64,000 nucleotides of DNA. Source: Eledone cirrhosa. Its lineage: Eukaryota. The notes under the pieces were generated by a model. It made no database searches, was not told the origin of the DNA, and saw only the letters and a list, made by a program, of their open reading frames with translations. The stretch covers positions 207,390,001-207,454,000 of the forward strand of contig OZ024742.1 in the NCBI GenBank assembly GCA_964016885.1, given 5' to 3'. Below are positions 1 to 15,540 of the stretch, in pieces (within the stretch, counting starts at the first letter, position 1; each line of letters begins with the position of its first letter). Made by a program: the position numbers and the translations under genes.

Positions 1-400
1 GTATCTAAAATATCAATAAAACATCGTAAGGCACTGGAAATCATTGCCATCCTTGAACTACTACTTCCAAGAATATAGCAAAAATAGATACACCATTATC
101 AACATTTGGAATATTCTAGAGACTAAAATAACAAACGTCGGATGTATATCATCGAATAAATAAGAATACAGAGAGATTCTCTCAACAGGAAAATATATGC
201 TAAGATAACAATCAAGTAAAAGGCCTATACTACACCGTTTATTTACATAATGGAAGCAACAGTGTAATGATGGCTGCTGTGGAAGTGTTCAAACATCACT
301 TAGAAAAATTCCAATCCTATGTAAAAATCCTTCTATCTTCAACAGATGATAATAAGACAATAACAACGCCCAACAACTCATCACCATAGTTATACAAGCA
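1..400 (+). mobile_element. Highly decayed 3' end of a CR1/L2-like LINE
   Basis: Fragmentary translation resembles LINE C-termini (WNILE..., VFKHHLEK, NNSS); no intact ORF. Confidence 0.3.
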
Positions 401-491
401 TTGATAAACTAGAAATACATACATGAAGCACATATTTCATAGTACAATAGAACTCACAACGAATCTGCTAAATATATATATATATATATAT

Positions 492-805
492 AGAAAAAAA
501 GATGAAATCGAAAATACAACTGGAGTCTTATTTTTTTTTTAAATATATATATTTATTTGGTTCCTTTACCGGTTTCGCAGTTCTTCTGCTTTTCAAAAGT
601 AGAGTCGAGATGGAGGGTCTGTGGTTTTTCTCACATCTGAGAAAAACCACAGACCCTCCATCTCAACTCTACTTTTGAAAAGCAGAAGAACTGCGAAACC
701 GGTAAAGGAACCAAATAAATATATATATTTTAAAAAAAAATAAGACTCCAGTTGCATTTTCGATTTCATCTTTTTTTCTTTATACTTTCACTCGTGTAGG
801 ACACC
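492..805. mobile_element. Fold-back (palindromic) PLE-pLTR-like element with a variant hammerhead motif in each arm (family A)
   Basis: Arms 492-633 and 638-779 are near-perfect reverse complements, in (TA)n context. Non-palindromic copies at ~9281-9660 and ~34735-35100. Confidence 0.8.
672..707 (+). ncRNA. Minimal type-I hammerhead motif, U3:A8 variant core
   Basis: ctt-TTGAAAA(675-681)-GCAG aagaa CTGC-GAAA-CCGG-TA-aag; palindromic stem III ACCGGT. Antisense twin at 564-599. Confidence 0.7.
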
Positions 806-838
806 TCGGTTATTTTTCATTTTGTAAAAAAACCTCAC

Positions 839-880
<42 letters not shown>

Positions 881-885
<5 letters not shown>

Positions 886-1369
886 AATAAAATACAGAGT
901 TACTAACTGATATTGATACCCTGCAATTAACAAGCTCAAAGTATAAATACTGAGCATTCTATAATAATATATTTGGAAATAAAGACAGTAAATTGTGTGT
1001 CTAAAATTACGAGGGTTGAAATACCACATTGGTTTGATAAATTTAACCTGAAGCAAACGGAAGATATAGAATATATATATACAGACCGTCTCAATAACTA
1101 TTTCATCTCTCGGACAGATTAGAGATTTCATCTATTTTGCCCTGAAAATTGTGTTTGTAACAGATAATCCGTAGGTTTTCCTCAGCACGAGATAAGATCA
1201 AATGGAACAAACACATACAACTAAAAGCCACACGAATGAAAATCTCACCTCGTGTTCTGGATGTTAGAAGTGGTGTGAGTGGATATGATATAATGCTCAG
1301 TATTTATACTTTGAGCTTGTTAATTGCAGGGTATCAATATGAGTTAGTAACTCTATATTTTATTTGTAT
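881..1369. repeat. ~85-bp inverted repeat pair (881-963 / 1288-1369) around a ~325-bp spacer
   Basis: atacaaataaaatacagagttactaac...tgagcatt reverse-complements aatgctcag...tttatttgtat; abuts (TA)n. Confidence 0.75.
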
Positions 1370-1444
1370 TTCGGCTCCCTAACTAGGTGAGCGTATACGT
1401 TGGGTGTATTAAGGCTATTATTTTTAGCATATCATTTTAATACA

Positions 1445-1765
1445 ACGCTATTTCAGAGCATCAATCCTAATTTTCAATGTTTGCTGGACTGGTAATCTCT
1501 CTGTATAATCAGTTCCTGATTATTACTGCAATTCTATAAGAATCCCGCATCTATAATTTTCGTTAAGGCAGGGAGTACGTTGCTCTGAGGAACACCAACA
1601 GTGTGTAACAGAATCTGTTAGTTTCTCTCCCTTCTTTGCCGAAAAAAAGAAATAAGTAACATAGTCACTACTTTAAAATGATAGCGCAAAGTCTTCAAAA
1701 TATTTTTAATTAAACATACGGTATATTGCCAAATATACTATACATACATTCATATATATATATAT
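1445..1765 (+). mobile_element. Single diverged unit of the ~319-bp retrozyme-like repeat (family B), canonical-core hammerhead remnant
   Basis: Colinear with the 40.4-41.0 kb units; CTGAGGA(1585-1591)-ACAC caaca GTGT-GTAA-CAGAATCTG-TT. Confidence 0.7.
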
Positions 1766-1789
1766 ATATGAATCGGGATGGGTTCAGTT

Positions 1790-1945
1790 TGAAACTGGTG
1801 AGAACATTACCCAACAGTGTACTCAATACTTGGCGTCGTAGAGTATGGCTATATTATAAAAAAAGTTATATTATAAAAAGACCCGATGGCTGAGCTCTTG
1901 CCATTTCAACAGCTAGTTCCAGACTGATTGCCGAAGGGCTTGGAT
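1790..1945 (-). mobile_element. Older non-palindromic copy of family C (half-hammerhead) repeat
   Basis: gtactcaatactt...cccgatggctgagctcttgccatttcaacagctagttccagactga aligns to the 6491/19727/19934/22679 copies and reads through their fold-back point. Confidence 0.6.
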
Positions 1946-2624
1946 TTTTACTGATTCTATGATCAGGGATGTGGTTTGTCCACTATGTGTGTAGATATCT
2001 AGCTTAGTGAGTGTTTATATTCATGTGTGCATCTATCTGCGCATCGCTCCCTGGCAAATGTGAGATAGAGTAATCATGGAAAGGGCATGGTATTATATTT
2101 ATCGAAAAAATATATTAGTGTATGTCTTCCCCAAGGCACAGCTATCGTGCACCTTCAGACAAGAGGTCTTTAGAATTGGCGTCAGACCTAGCAGCAGATC
2201 GCCCTAATATTGTGTAAATTCACCGAATGGCCAGTTAAATGTATTTGTCAACGATAGTTATCTGCAAAAACAAGGAACAACCAACTGGTGCTTGTAATGT
2301 AAAATCTAGTGGAATTTTGGTTCAAGTTTATTTACTAGTAACTAAGCTAGCACTTAAATTACCTTAAATTACGGTTAGGCGTTGATTTACTTAAAATATC
2401 CACATCTCGTCTTGGGTACGTATGTGTGTTCTAAGGGGGTCCGAGGATCTGTCCGCGTGCAATTAGGTATTGATATTTCTGTAATGGAATGCTAGGATTA
2501 GTGTTGTCGTTTTAATGCCTATATCGTAAAAACATATTGTGGTAGGTACCTATTTAGGAGTATATTGCTGAATGGTAGGATGATCTTTGGTAGCTTCAAC
2601 ATAAGCTGCTCATGTAATCTGTTA

Positions 2625-2670
2625 TCTGTTCCAACCATTCCACTGAGGCCATGCTGGGGCACCGCCCTTG

Positions 2671-2741
<71 letters not shown>

Positions 2742-2820
2742 CTTCGCTTTTTCCCGTGCATTGCCAGGGAACGTCTTCACGAACCAAAGTATCGTCTTCG
2801 TGTTTTCCTTCGGTTGCAAC

Positions 2821-2872
<52 letters not shown>

Positions 2873-2923
2873 CAAGGGCGGTGCCCCAGCTTGGCCTCAG
2901 TCGAATGGCTGAAACGGGTAAAA

Positions 2924-2997
<74 letters not shown>

Positions 2998-3048
2998 CAA
3001 GGGCGGCGCCCCAGCTTGGCCTCAGTCGAATGGCTGAAACAGGTAAAA

Positions 3049-3056
<8 letters not shown>
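2625..3056. mobile_element. Three ~55-bp retroelement 3'-tail fragments (one inverted at 2625-2672; direct at 2871-2928 and 2996-3056) separated by (TA)n
   Basis: Repeated ttcaagggcggtgccccagc..ggcctcagtcgaatggctgaaac.ggtaaaa. Confidence 0.6.
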
Positions 3057-3083
<27 letters not shown>

Positions 3084-3089
<6 letters not shown>

Positions 3090-3465
3090 TAACAGATTAA
3101 AGTTTAAGCAAAGAATCGTTGCTTTCACCCTTAACGGGATCTTCTGAAAGCAAAAAAATCAATCTGTGAACGCAGAAGTAAATATTGCGAAAAACTTTGC
3201 AACCGAAGGAAAACAGGAAGACGATACTTTGGTTCGTGAAGACATTCCCTGGCAATGCACGGAAAAAAGCGGAGATAAAACGTCGTTATGTGGATCGATG
3301 AGAACAAATACACGCCAAAACAAAACTGAAGTCGTAGACTAATATTCTATTTAGGAAACAAACCGAATAATTCTCGGTTTAAGAGTTAAGAATAATGTAA
3401 ATAAATTAGTAGAACGAAAATAACAGAGGTTATTAAAATCAAATAATTAAATATATACATACACG
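3084..3465 (+). repeat. Unclassified interspersed repeat
   Basis: Reverse-complement homologs at 2738-2820, ~9670-10080, 10520-10635 and ~28590-28625. Confidence 0.7.
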
Positions 3466-3508
3466 CATCTATATACGTACATACACAGGCATACGCAAAA
3501 CACCCGCC

Positions 3509-6005
<2,497 letters not shown>

Positions 6006-6037
6006 AGATCAAAAGATGGTTAAAGGAGTTCTATATA

Positions 6038-6104
6038 TTTTATTATGCGCATTTCAAAAACAAACATCATCATGCAATAATATTTGTGTTTTCATCAGAT
6101 AAAA
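6038..6104 (-). ncRNA. Type-I hammerhead ribozyme motif (antisense twin)
   Basis: Reverse complement of 6229-6295. Confidence 0.85.
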
Positions 6105-6228
6105 CAGGAGAACATGATATGAAGGCTAAAAAACACTTGTGGATAGTGCAGTTTTAAATCAACAGTTTTAAATCAACAAAACTGCACTATCCACAAGTGT
6201 TTTTTAGCCTTCATATCATGTTCTCCTG

Positions 6229-6295
6229 TTTTATCTGATGAAAACACAAATATTATTGCATGATGATGTTTGTTTTTGAAATGCGCATAATAAAA
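6229..6295 (+). ncRNA. Type-I hammerhead ribozyme motif, canonical core
   Basis: ttttat-CTGATGA(6235-6241)-stem II-GAAA(6278-6281)-TGCGCA-TA-ataaaa; 6-bp helix I; palindromic stem III ATGCGCAT. Confidence 0.85.
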
Positions 6296-6421
6296 TATAT
6301 GGAACTCCTTTAACCATCTTTTGATCTTATATTATGCATACTCCAGTCCCACAAACTGTAGAGTGCTTCTTATCCGATATCTGCATTGCTTTATTGTACT
6401 ACAATAAAACTCACCTCCTAC

Positions 6422-6490
<69 letters not shown>

Positions 6491-6492
<2 letters not shown>

Positions 6493-6679
6493 CGAAGGAA
6501 ATGTGGTAAGGAACCAGGTGGACCATAACGCACCAAAGTACTCAATACTTAGGGTTGTAGAGTGGGTAATAGGAACGAGTAGGGCCCCGACGGCTGAGCT
6601 CAAGCCGTTTCGACGGCTAATTCTGTCCAGAATTAGCCGTCGAAACGGCTTGAGCTCAGCCGTCGGGGTCCTACTCGTT

Positions 6680-6683
<4 letters not shown>
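6491..6683. mobile_element. Family C fold-back element containing the 3' half of a hammerhead
   Basis: GAAA-CGGCT tgagctc AGCCG-TC-ggggtc in both arms; (TA)n on both sides. Copies at 19727-19860, 19934-20158 and 22679-22877. Confidence 0.75.
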
Positions 6684-6733
<50 letters not shown>

Positions 6734-8142
6734 TGTGTCTTGTGTGTGTAGGTGTGTGTTTGTATATATATATATATATATAAACAAGGTAGGTGGAACT
6801 GGTTATGCCACCACCTCTCTAATAATTATATTTTTCTCCCCAAACTACCAAAACACATCTATTTGGATATCCGCTACAATTTATGTATTTTTTATATTTA
6901 TTGCATATCGAAGTTTTCTGACCATTTCACAGTGCAAAGAGCTAAACTAATCACTACAATTAAATATATCAAAAATGCATCCTCCAACCAATTCAGAAAT
7001 ATTCCCACCGCCCTGTGTATATGTATGCATGTATCTCTTTACGGATGCATCTGTTTGTGTATGTATGAACGTACGTGTGTGTTTATGCATGTAAGTACGT
7101 ATGTATCTTTATATATATATACAAGTTTACACACAAACACATATCGTCTCCCCCATCAGCTCTTAAACCAGCAAAATGGTTTCGCACCTTTTAATTGAGG
7201 GTAGTGCGGCACCCTAACTTCAAAGTGCCATACTTGCCAAACCTATCTCTCCATTACTATGGGGGTGTCACCCTAGCTCCATATTTCTATACAGTATTAT
7301 TGAAGTTCACATAGTTCCAAGATCCCTGTCGACTTGTTTTCAGAAAATGGAATAGGGGGAGGGTAATCTGGGTGAGAAATTACTGCTCTTTCTAGCACCC
7401 AGGTACTATCCATATGTTTGTCATGCTATCTATAGAGAGTGTAACTGTACTTCCGCTTTCACAGACCCAACCCACCTCTCTCTAAATAACTAAAACGTAA
7501 TGTGTGTATTTCTCTGTGTATATGTGTATGTCTAACAACGCAACACGGACTAAATAAAAAACGGGGAGAACAGGAGACCTTTGGTGTTACAGATAAGCAT
7601 CTCTCAGCCCTTTAACTTCATAAAAAAGTACCCAATGGGGATCGCCTTAGAATTTTTTTTTTTCAATGTATTTTGTGTGCTTTAAACTAATATGAACTCT
7701 AACATACTCGCAACACCCATCCCCCTCCGAAAACGGAATGGGAGAGGTGAGGGGGACCTATAAAGTATATGTGCAAATGTGTCAACAATGATTCCGATGC
7801 TGTGATGATTGCGCTACAAAATGAAATATGTCCGACATGATGTCCAACTTCCAACGCGGCTGATATATCAGCAGAAGAGGCAGCGGAGGGGTGTTGACCC
7901 TCGGATTTTCCCAGTTTCGGAAATTGTTTCTGTAGGATTTCGTTTATTTTCTAGTTTTTGGGGGGTTTGTGTTCGACCGATCTGACATCGGAATCCCTCA
8001 CAAATGACTCTTTTTTTCAAAACGGAGGCAGGGAATGCGGGAATCCTCAGATTTGCGAGTTGGTTTGGCAGGAGTCATGGGTACAAGTTGGCGTTCGAAC
8101 TGAGGGTTATTAGACTAATTGGCAATAATGGTCTTATTGACG

Positions 8143-8216
<74 letters not shown>

Positions 8217-8339
8217 TTTGTATATATATATATATATATATATTGCTATACGTACCTGCACGAACATACTGATAAGGTATACGATCTAGCTTCAGCTAGG
8301 ATCTCCCAGTGTAACCTATATAGGGTGTGGTTGTCTTTT

Positions 8340-8762
8340 AAACTCCAGATAAAGCCGAAAGTGACGTCATGTTCCTTCTTAAAGGGTTAAGAAAAGAATA
8401 GTTGTTCATGTAAAGACGCTGCTTGAATCTATTGGCGGTTAACCCTATGTAGACCCTACTAGACGTAGGTGTGTCGACCTTACTTTTGTAGACAATATTA
8501 CTGGATAGGCATTTCCCGGACAGAGGACAGTCTTCCCGTTCCTACAATTACGGTTAGTACTAGTTACAGGGTTGTTAGTGTTACAACGGCTAGGTAATTT
8601 GGTTAAATTTGATGCTGTGATGTTATGTACGATGTTAGGAGTCGTGGTGTTAGATATTTTAACGGTATTTCTATTAAAAATGTTATTGTATTGATACGCT
8701 GAGGGGAAATGCTTCTTAATTAGAGAGAGAAAGACTTTAGCTAATGGTGTGGCCACCTTCAT
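8340..8762 (-). mobile_element. Fragment of the same PLE family as 3509-5965 (RT-EN linker and GIY-YIG start)
   Basis: MKVATPLAKVFLSLIKKHF...TVKIS...NCRN matches 4470-4850. Confidence 0.85.
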
Positions 8763-9208
8763 ATGTGCGTGTATATATATGTATGGCGTGCATATTCACG
8801 TATGCAGATATATGTACGTATATATACATATATCAATTAAACCTGGTTGCTATTTTTAATAGTATACGCTTATGAGACATGCTAGGTTTTGATGCCATGT
8901 GCTTTATTTTATATACGCACACTATTCATTCTTCTGAGATACTTTGAAGTTAATGGTTTACTAATTTTACACCCATAAATGAGAAAAAGAATTGGTAATT
9001 CCCTTCACTAAAATTGCGAAACAGCATCACAAGAAGGTGTCTAGGTGTCTGGCAGTTGCCGCAATATCGGTTTGTATTTCTTTTCTTAATTTATTCTTTT
9101 TAATTAAGTCTGGCAAACCCTATTGTTCATCGATAATATTGTCATCACCCTGGCGAATGTGGTGCCTTACGTTTTATATTCAATTATATATACACACACA
9201 CACACACA

Positions 9209-9278
<70 letters not shown>

Positions 9279-9280
9279 CA

Positions 9281-9660
9281 GGTGTCCTACACGAGTGAAA
9301 GTATAAAGAAAAAAAGATGAAACCGAAAATGCAACTGGTGTCTTATTTAAAAAATATATATATATATTTATTTGGTTCCTTTACCGGTTTCGCAGTTCTT
9401 CTACTTTTCAAAAGTACAATTGAGATGGAGGGTCTGTGGTTTTTCTCACATCTGATTGGTCTTTGAATGTTACTTGTTTTATATGAAAAAAGTGGCCGAC
9501 ATGCCAGGTTTTTCGAGAAGTAATTTGATTGGTTGGTCAATAATTATAATAAATTTCGCGCCAGTTCGCGTTACAAAGTTCTTCAAACAAAAAAAAGAGG
9601 TGGTGGTCACAGGTTGTTTTTCCAAATATGAGTGTTTGAATTTCTTTTATACTATATACT
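9281..9660 (-). mobile_element. Family A pLTR-like repeat with U3:A8 hammerhead motif at ~9379-9414
   Basis: cctttaccggtttcgcagttcttctacttttcaaaag; follows (CA)n. Confidence 0.75.
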
Positions 9661-10163
9661 GGCCTATATCTTAAGTATTATTACTTACTTTACGATTTTA
9701 ATAACCTCTGTCACTTTCGTTCAACTAATTCATTTACATTATCCTTAAACTCCGGAACTGAGAATCATTCGGTTTCCTAAATACAATATTGTATAATGAC
9801 TCCATTTATACCACAAACCTAATTTTGTTTTTTTATCTTTCGGGAAAGTGTTCTCAGCGCTCGATATAACGACGTATTATCGTCGCTTTTTTTCTGTTCA
9901 TTCCCAAGGAACATCTTCACGAACCAAAGTATCGTCTTCCTGTTTTCCTTCCGCTGCACTGATTTTCGAAATATTTACTTCTGCGTCCACAGATTGATTT
10001 TTTTTTTAGTTTCAGAAGACCTCGTTAAGAATGAAAGCAGCGAATCTTTGCATAACCTTTAATCTGTTATTTTAATAAATATTTGCTCTACGGTTTTCAT
10101 ATATTTTTATATATATATTATCCTTATCGAGCCCTCTTCGGATTTTAGTCTTCACATTTATTA

Positions 10164-10808
10164 TCTATAAATCTAAAACAGAGAATGTCTGTCTGTCAGT
10201 CAGCTCACTAAAACTCGAGAACCACCCAACCGATTGTTTTCAAACTTTACACAGGTAGGACTTACGGACCTGTGAGTGTTTTGAGCAAAACATATCTCAA
10301 ATTGTCAATGCCCTAGGTACCGCATCAGGTGATTTAGCGATCTCTCTGTATAATTCTTAGTCTTTCTTTTTAGATAGATACATAGATATAACGTTGTGCC
10401 CTTATAATATCTGTTTCTATGTCTGGCTGTCTGCATTACGACATTATGACGCTGTGCGTGTGTGTGTGTGCATATAGGTATATATAGTGTGTGTATATAT
10501 ATATATATATATAGTGTGTAACGTTTTTCGAAATATTTACTTCTGCGTTCACAGATTGATTTTTTTAGTTTCAGAAGATCCCGTTAAGGGTGAAAGCAGC
10601 GATTCTTTGCTTAAACTTTAACCTGTTATTTTAATATATATATATATATATATATATAATGATATATTCGTGTACAGATATTTTTGCATACACAATAACA
10701 ATATATAAAGTAACGTAATTATTTCACGAGGCTCGATAAGGATCAATTTATATCAAATATATAAGAACCCTAGAGAAAATGTCGAGCAACGCCGGGCCAT
10801 TCTGCTGG
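10164..10808 (+). mobile_element. Possible non-autonomous Helitron
   Basis: Starts aTCTATA...gtctgtctgtc and ends with the hairpin-like cgagcaacgccggg followed by CTGG (CTRR); nested repeat fragments inside. Confidence 0.4.
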
Positions 10809-10988
10809 ATTGGCAGTATCGGTAGAGGGTCGGACGCCATGCTTTCCAGCATAGTTACGTCCCTTTACGATCTGAGTTCAAATCCCGCCGAGGTTGACTT
10901 TGCCTTTCATCCTTACGGGGTCGATAAAATAAAGTACCAGTAATGCACTGGATAACTGCTGGCCTTGTGCCTAAAGTAGAAACAATTA
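10806..10988 (+). mobile_element. tRNA-derived SINE (~185 bp)
   Basis: A-box-like TGGCAGTATCGG, B-box GAGTTCAAATCC, tail aaacaatta; multiple copies in window. Confidence 0.85.
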
Positions 10989-11454
10989 CTATATTTATCT
11001 ATCTGTGTGGTACTGTATTCAGTCTCCGAATGCGTGCTACGTTGTTTACTCTGTACGTGTATCGGCTCCTTACCCCCGCAAATACCAGATCTTCTCGGGA
11101 GCACCCATCGATAGGTGATGAAACTCAGTCACTAAAGCAAAATTAAATGTGTCTGATCTTGTGATTCCTGAACAGACGTCTCCCTACTTATTAACGCGTC
11201 CGAACACTACGGGATTAGAAAGGTCTGATGTTGGGACTCCAAGTTAAAATTATCCTTCCATCTCTTTGAGCCAAGAGCAGCATGCACCCTTTCCCTTCAT
11301 TAGCCGCCACCGATAATTTCCTTGAGAGGTGTTTCCTTTCTTTTGCCGCCAGTGGAAGACACTTATCCCAACAAAGAGACTTGAAGCTCCCCATCCGGTG
11401 ATTTTACATTTCAAATAGCTCACTATAACTTATGACTTCCCTGTCATGTATATT

Positions 11455-11501
<47 letters not shown>

Positions 11502-11879
11502 AGAGAGGGAGAGAGAGAGAAATGAGGAGATTGGGATGTTTTTCAACGTGCTGACGTGTATGTGTGTGCGTATGTGTATATGTGTGCGTATGTGTACGTG
11601 TGTGCGTATGTGTATATACATACATTACAAGTAGGTAATACACACATCTAGAACCACATACAACACACAAGTAGGTAATGCACACCCCTGGGACCACATG
11701 CAACAATATGCAGGCGAAAGGGGTGGACAAACGAGCTACTACCACTGCAAAAGATAACAAGTTAGAGACATATATATGTGTATACCCTTCCTTCCTTTTA
11801 CACACACACATATTTTGTGACGGACGGATGGATAGAAGCCCCTCAAATTTATATACATCTGATTGGAGTTCCACTAAGG

Positions 11880-12505
11880 CAGCTGGAGAAGTTCAAGTAT
11901 CTCAGGGCTGTGTTCATGAGTGACGGAAGGTAGGAGGCTGAATTAAGTTAAAGAATTGCAAATGCTGATTTAGTAATGCGCCATCTTCAGCATTCAGTAA
12001 TCAGAAGAAGGGAGGTAGGTGTAAAAGCCAAACTCGCTGTCTTCCTGGTATTCCTGGCAACCCTTACTGAGTGTCATGAATCTTGGGTAATGACCAAAAT
12101 AATACAATTGCAAATACAAACGGCAGAAATGGGGTTCCTTAAAAGGGTCTTTGGAATAACGTTATTCGATAAAGGGCATAGCTCAAGGATCAGAGAGTCA
12201 CTCCTGGTAGAGCCGCTACTTCTCCGGATTGAGAGATCACAGCTCCGATACTATAGGCATGTGGTTAGAATGTCTCAGGAAAGAATCGTTGGACAGATTT
12301 TTACCGGCAAAACCAACCAGCAAGAGACCCAGAGGTAGACCCCGAGCAAGATAGATGGATAACATCTATGTGCTTGGCTGGTGACTCTTTGGGATCCAGT
12401 TGGATCAGTTAGAGATGTTTGCTTCTGACAGACCAACTGGAAAGAGTATTTGACGAGGACTCTGCACTCACGACCTTCTCAGAAATAAGTGGGTGAAGAA
12501 GAAGA
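11880..12505 (+). mobile_element. RTE-clade LINE 3' fragment
   Basis: EKFKYL, AEMGFLKRV, LRIERSQLRY..HVVRM, RPRGRP-like motif; (GAA)n tail. Confidence 0.85.
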
Positions 12506-12800
12506 TATTGTCAATTTACTTTTCAATTTACATATCATATCTATAAGCATATATATTTGCATATAAAATCAATACGCACACTACATATAGTAGCAGAACA
12601 CCGCCGGGGTTTTTGATTCTTTACAATGATTGAGTGGATATTATAATGCAAAAGACATAGTATTACACCTCTACCCCTCCACATATATATATATATGCAT
12701 ATATGTATATATACACACACACATATATATATATTTATACTCGCGCGCGTACGTACACACATACATATATATATATATATATATTTACAGAGAAAGAGTA

Positions 12801-12939
<139 letters not shown>

Positions 12940-14265
12940 CTGTTGGCTTTTTGCTTATCCATGTTACAAAGGCCGTCAGAAATCAGAATAAAGTGGAAAT
13001 CTCATTAACTGGATATGTAGATTCCTTACATAAAGAAGTGCATATTATGTTGCAACAGGCACAAAGGAGTTTACAGCTTTGTAGGTCTAAAGGAAGTGTT
13101 CATTTCACGAGAAACAGATGTGATAGGATTTACTTCAATGACAACTACTAACACATACTGAAATATATCTATGTGTTTTTTATCTGAAGTTTTACGATTT
13201 TATTACCAGATTGCTTAATAGGTATTTTCACTGCGATATATTAATTTGCTATATAATCACAATTTAATGATTTTTAACATAGGCGTAAGCAATGCTACAC
13301 AATATTCCCCTCCCAACACCAGTAATCCATTGATATACAAGACAGAGAATGAACCTCTGTGCAGTCCTTCGGCTGGTTAGAATGGACAAGGAAATTTCTC
13401 TCAAACACTACCTACGGTTTTAATGAAACGGAAGGATATAATTTATAGTGTTTTCGCGGTATATTAAATTAAAAAGAACGTGGATGGTCAATCCCCAAAC
13501 CCCTTTCATTATTTGTTTGCTCAGATCATGGCCCATCGGAATTAAACCATATCAATAAACACAAATTATCGGCCCTAGAGAAATGAAAAACTCAACAATT
13601 TTAGAATGTTTGAACGCAGAGACGAAAGGAATTAACTAAAAGGAATAACTTAGAAAAAAAATTTCTCCAGTGCTCTAATATTTCATTAATTCTACCTGAA
13701 TGCTGGAATGAATGATTGGGATACAACCCTTTAAGGCAACAAAATATGGCAGTGTGTCAACAAAATACCTCATTTACATTTTTAATTTCTTGTACGATTT
13801 TTTAATTCTTGTTAAGTTTTTCTATTTACTAAGTATATCTAATATTTTTGTTTTCATTTTTTAAAGTCTGTATGTGCAATAAATCTTCCTGTTTCCTTGT
13901 CTTATTCAATAATGTTTTGTAAAATATATCTTTTAATTGTTATTATTTTTAGCCCAGGAAAGCCAAGGGCGTATATTTTTCAAGGCTCTCATATACAAAT
14001 AAAATCGGTGTATTTGATTTTCAACTCAAGGGTAAATGTGATGTCTCAAACTGAAATGTTGGTAGGGACAGTGCTTAAATAGTTTGGAATAGGGTAATAA
14101 AGGAGAAAATATTTGAGAAAGCATCTTGTTTGCGGTCTGTGGATCAGGCAAGACACAAAGTATTGAATAATACTGGTTAAGGTTAGTGGAAATAGTTTAC
14201 AGGTCTCTAGTGCAGGGAACAGAAATATAGTAGTGCTAGAAAAGAGAGAAGGATGACAGCATGGT

Positions 14266-14451
14266 ATAATAATTGTTTCTACTTTTGGCACAAAGCCAGC
14301 AAATATCCAGTACATTACTGGTACTTTATTTTATCGACCCCGTAAGGATGAAAGGCAAAGTTAACCTTGGCGGGATTTGAACTCAGATCATAAAGGGACG
14401 TAACTCTATGCTTCAAAGCATGGCGTCCGCCTCTCTACCAATACTGCCAAT
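14266..14451 (-). mobile_element. tRNA-derived SINE copy
   Basis: Reverse complement of the 10806 family. Confidence 0.85.
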
Positions 14452-15068
14452 ATAATAATAATTTCTTTATTAGCCACACAGGACTCACATTAAGGAAACA
14501 CACGTGATTTGTGTTGCGAGAGAGAGGTCAGTAAATGCACAGATTTCTACTAGTTGTGTATTTTTTTGTATATAAATTTGTGTGTAAGTGTGAGTGCGAG
14601 TGTATCCTGCTCAATCCTGGTTATATTATTGATTTGTTTTGGGGTTTTGTTAATGCTTTTCTAAAAGGTTAGTAGCATTTCCGAGGTTCTCCGTCTACTT
14701 CGTTGACAATATGTTTCACTCTTACTTCACAGTTGATTAATCAGCCAAAGCACGTTCCTATAGTTTAATTATTGTTGCTGTTTAACCCCAGGTCAGCCCT
14801 GATAGAGCAGACAGATCTATCATAAAATAATCATTTCAGCCAGAATCTAGAGTACTGTAACTTGGATAGCATTTGTTATTCTGTCAATTTATAATACGGT
14901 AGGGTGTAATTTGGGGGATATTTATCACATCTTTCTAGCAGATTATGCATCTATGTAGAGCAGGGTTTCATGATCATTTTACCAAATCAACTCTCCAAGA
15001 GGATTGATAAATATGTTTATATTCCCTTTGCCAGATAGTCTAAACCACGTGCATGTGATTTCAATTAA

Positions 15069-15283
15069 CCCTTTAGCATTTACATTACTCAATACATACT
15101 ATTGTATTTTTGCGGTAAAGGTTTTATCTTACATAATATCTCACATAATATTGAATCTATGAGATTTTGATATTTATTTTGAGAACAATACCTTAACATC
15201 AGTATGAGTGGCCAGTTACAGCCGGTTTGAACTGAAAGAGGTGGGCATTCTGGCTGGATATGGCCGGTTTAAATGCTAAAGGG
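15069..15283. mobile_element. piggyBac-type MITE
   Basis: TTAA-CCCTTTAGCATTTA...TAAATGCTAAAGGG-TTAA: 14-bp TIRs and TTAA target duplication. Confidence 0.85.
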
Positions 15284-15540
15284 TTAAAGTCAATATGTTG
15301 GTTATATTTTACATGTGGTTAGCCAGAATCAGAAACAGGAAGAATATCATAAGGTTCCTTTACATTAAGAACCGGAACGCACCGTTTGATGATACATCCT
15401 AATATTACTATACTAACTGATAACTCATGTTGACTGAATTGAGACTGTAGCCATCGTGAGTGTTTGTGTAAGTTTGTGTGTGTGGTCTGTGTCTGTGAGT
15501 GTGTGTCTGTGAGTGTGCGTGCATCCTGCCCAAACAAAAG

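Larger units (their letters stand above)
6001..6332. mobile_element. Near-perfect ~330-bp palindrome with a complete hammerhead motif in each arm (family D)
   Basis: Arms of ~155 bp with ~1 mismatch; spacer contains a duplicated gttttaaatcaaca; follows (TA)n. Confidence 0.85.
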
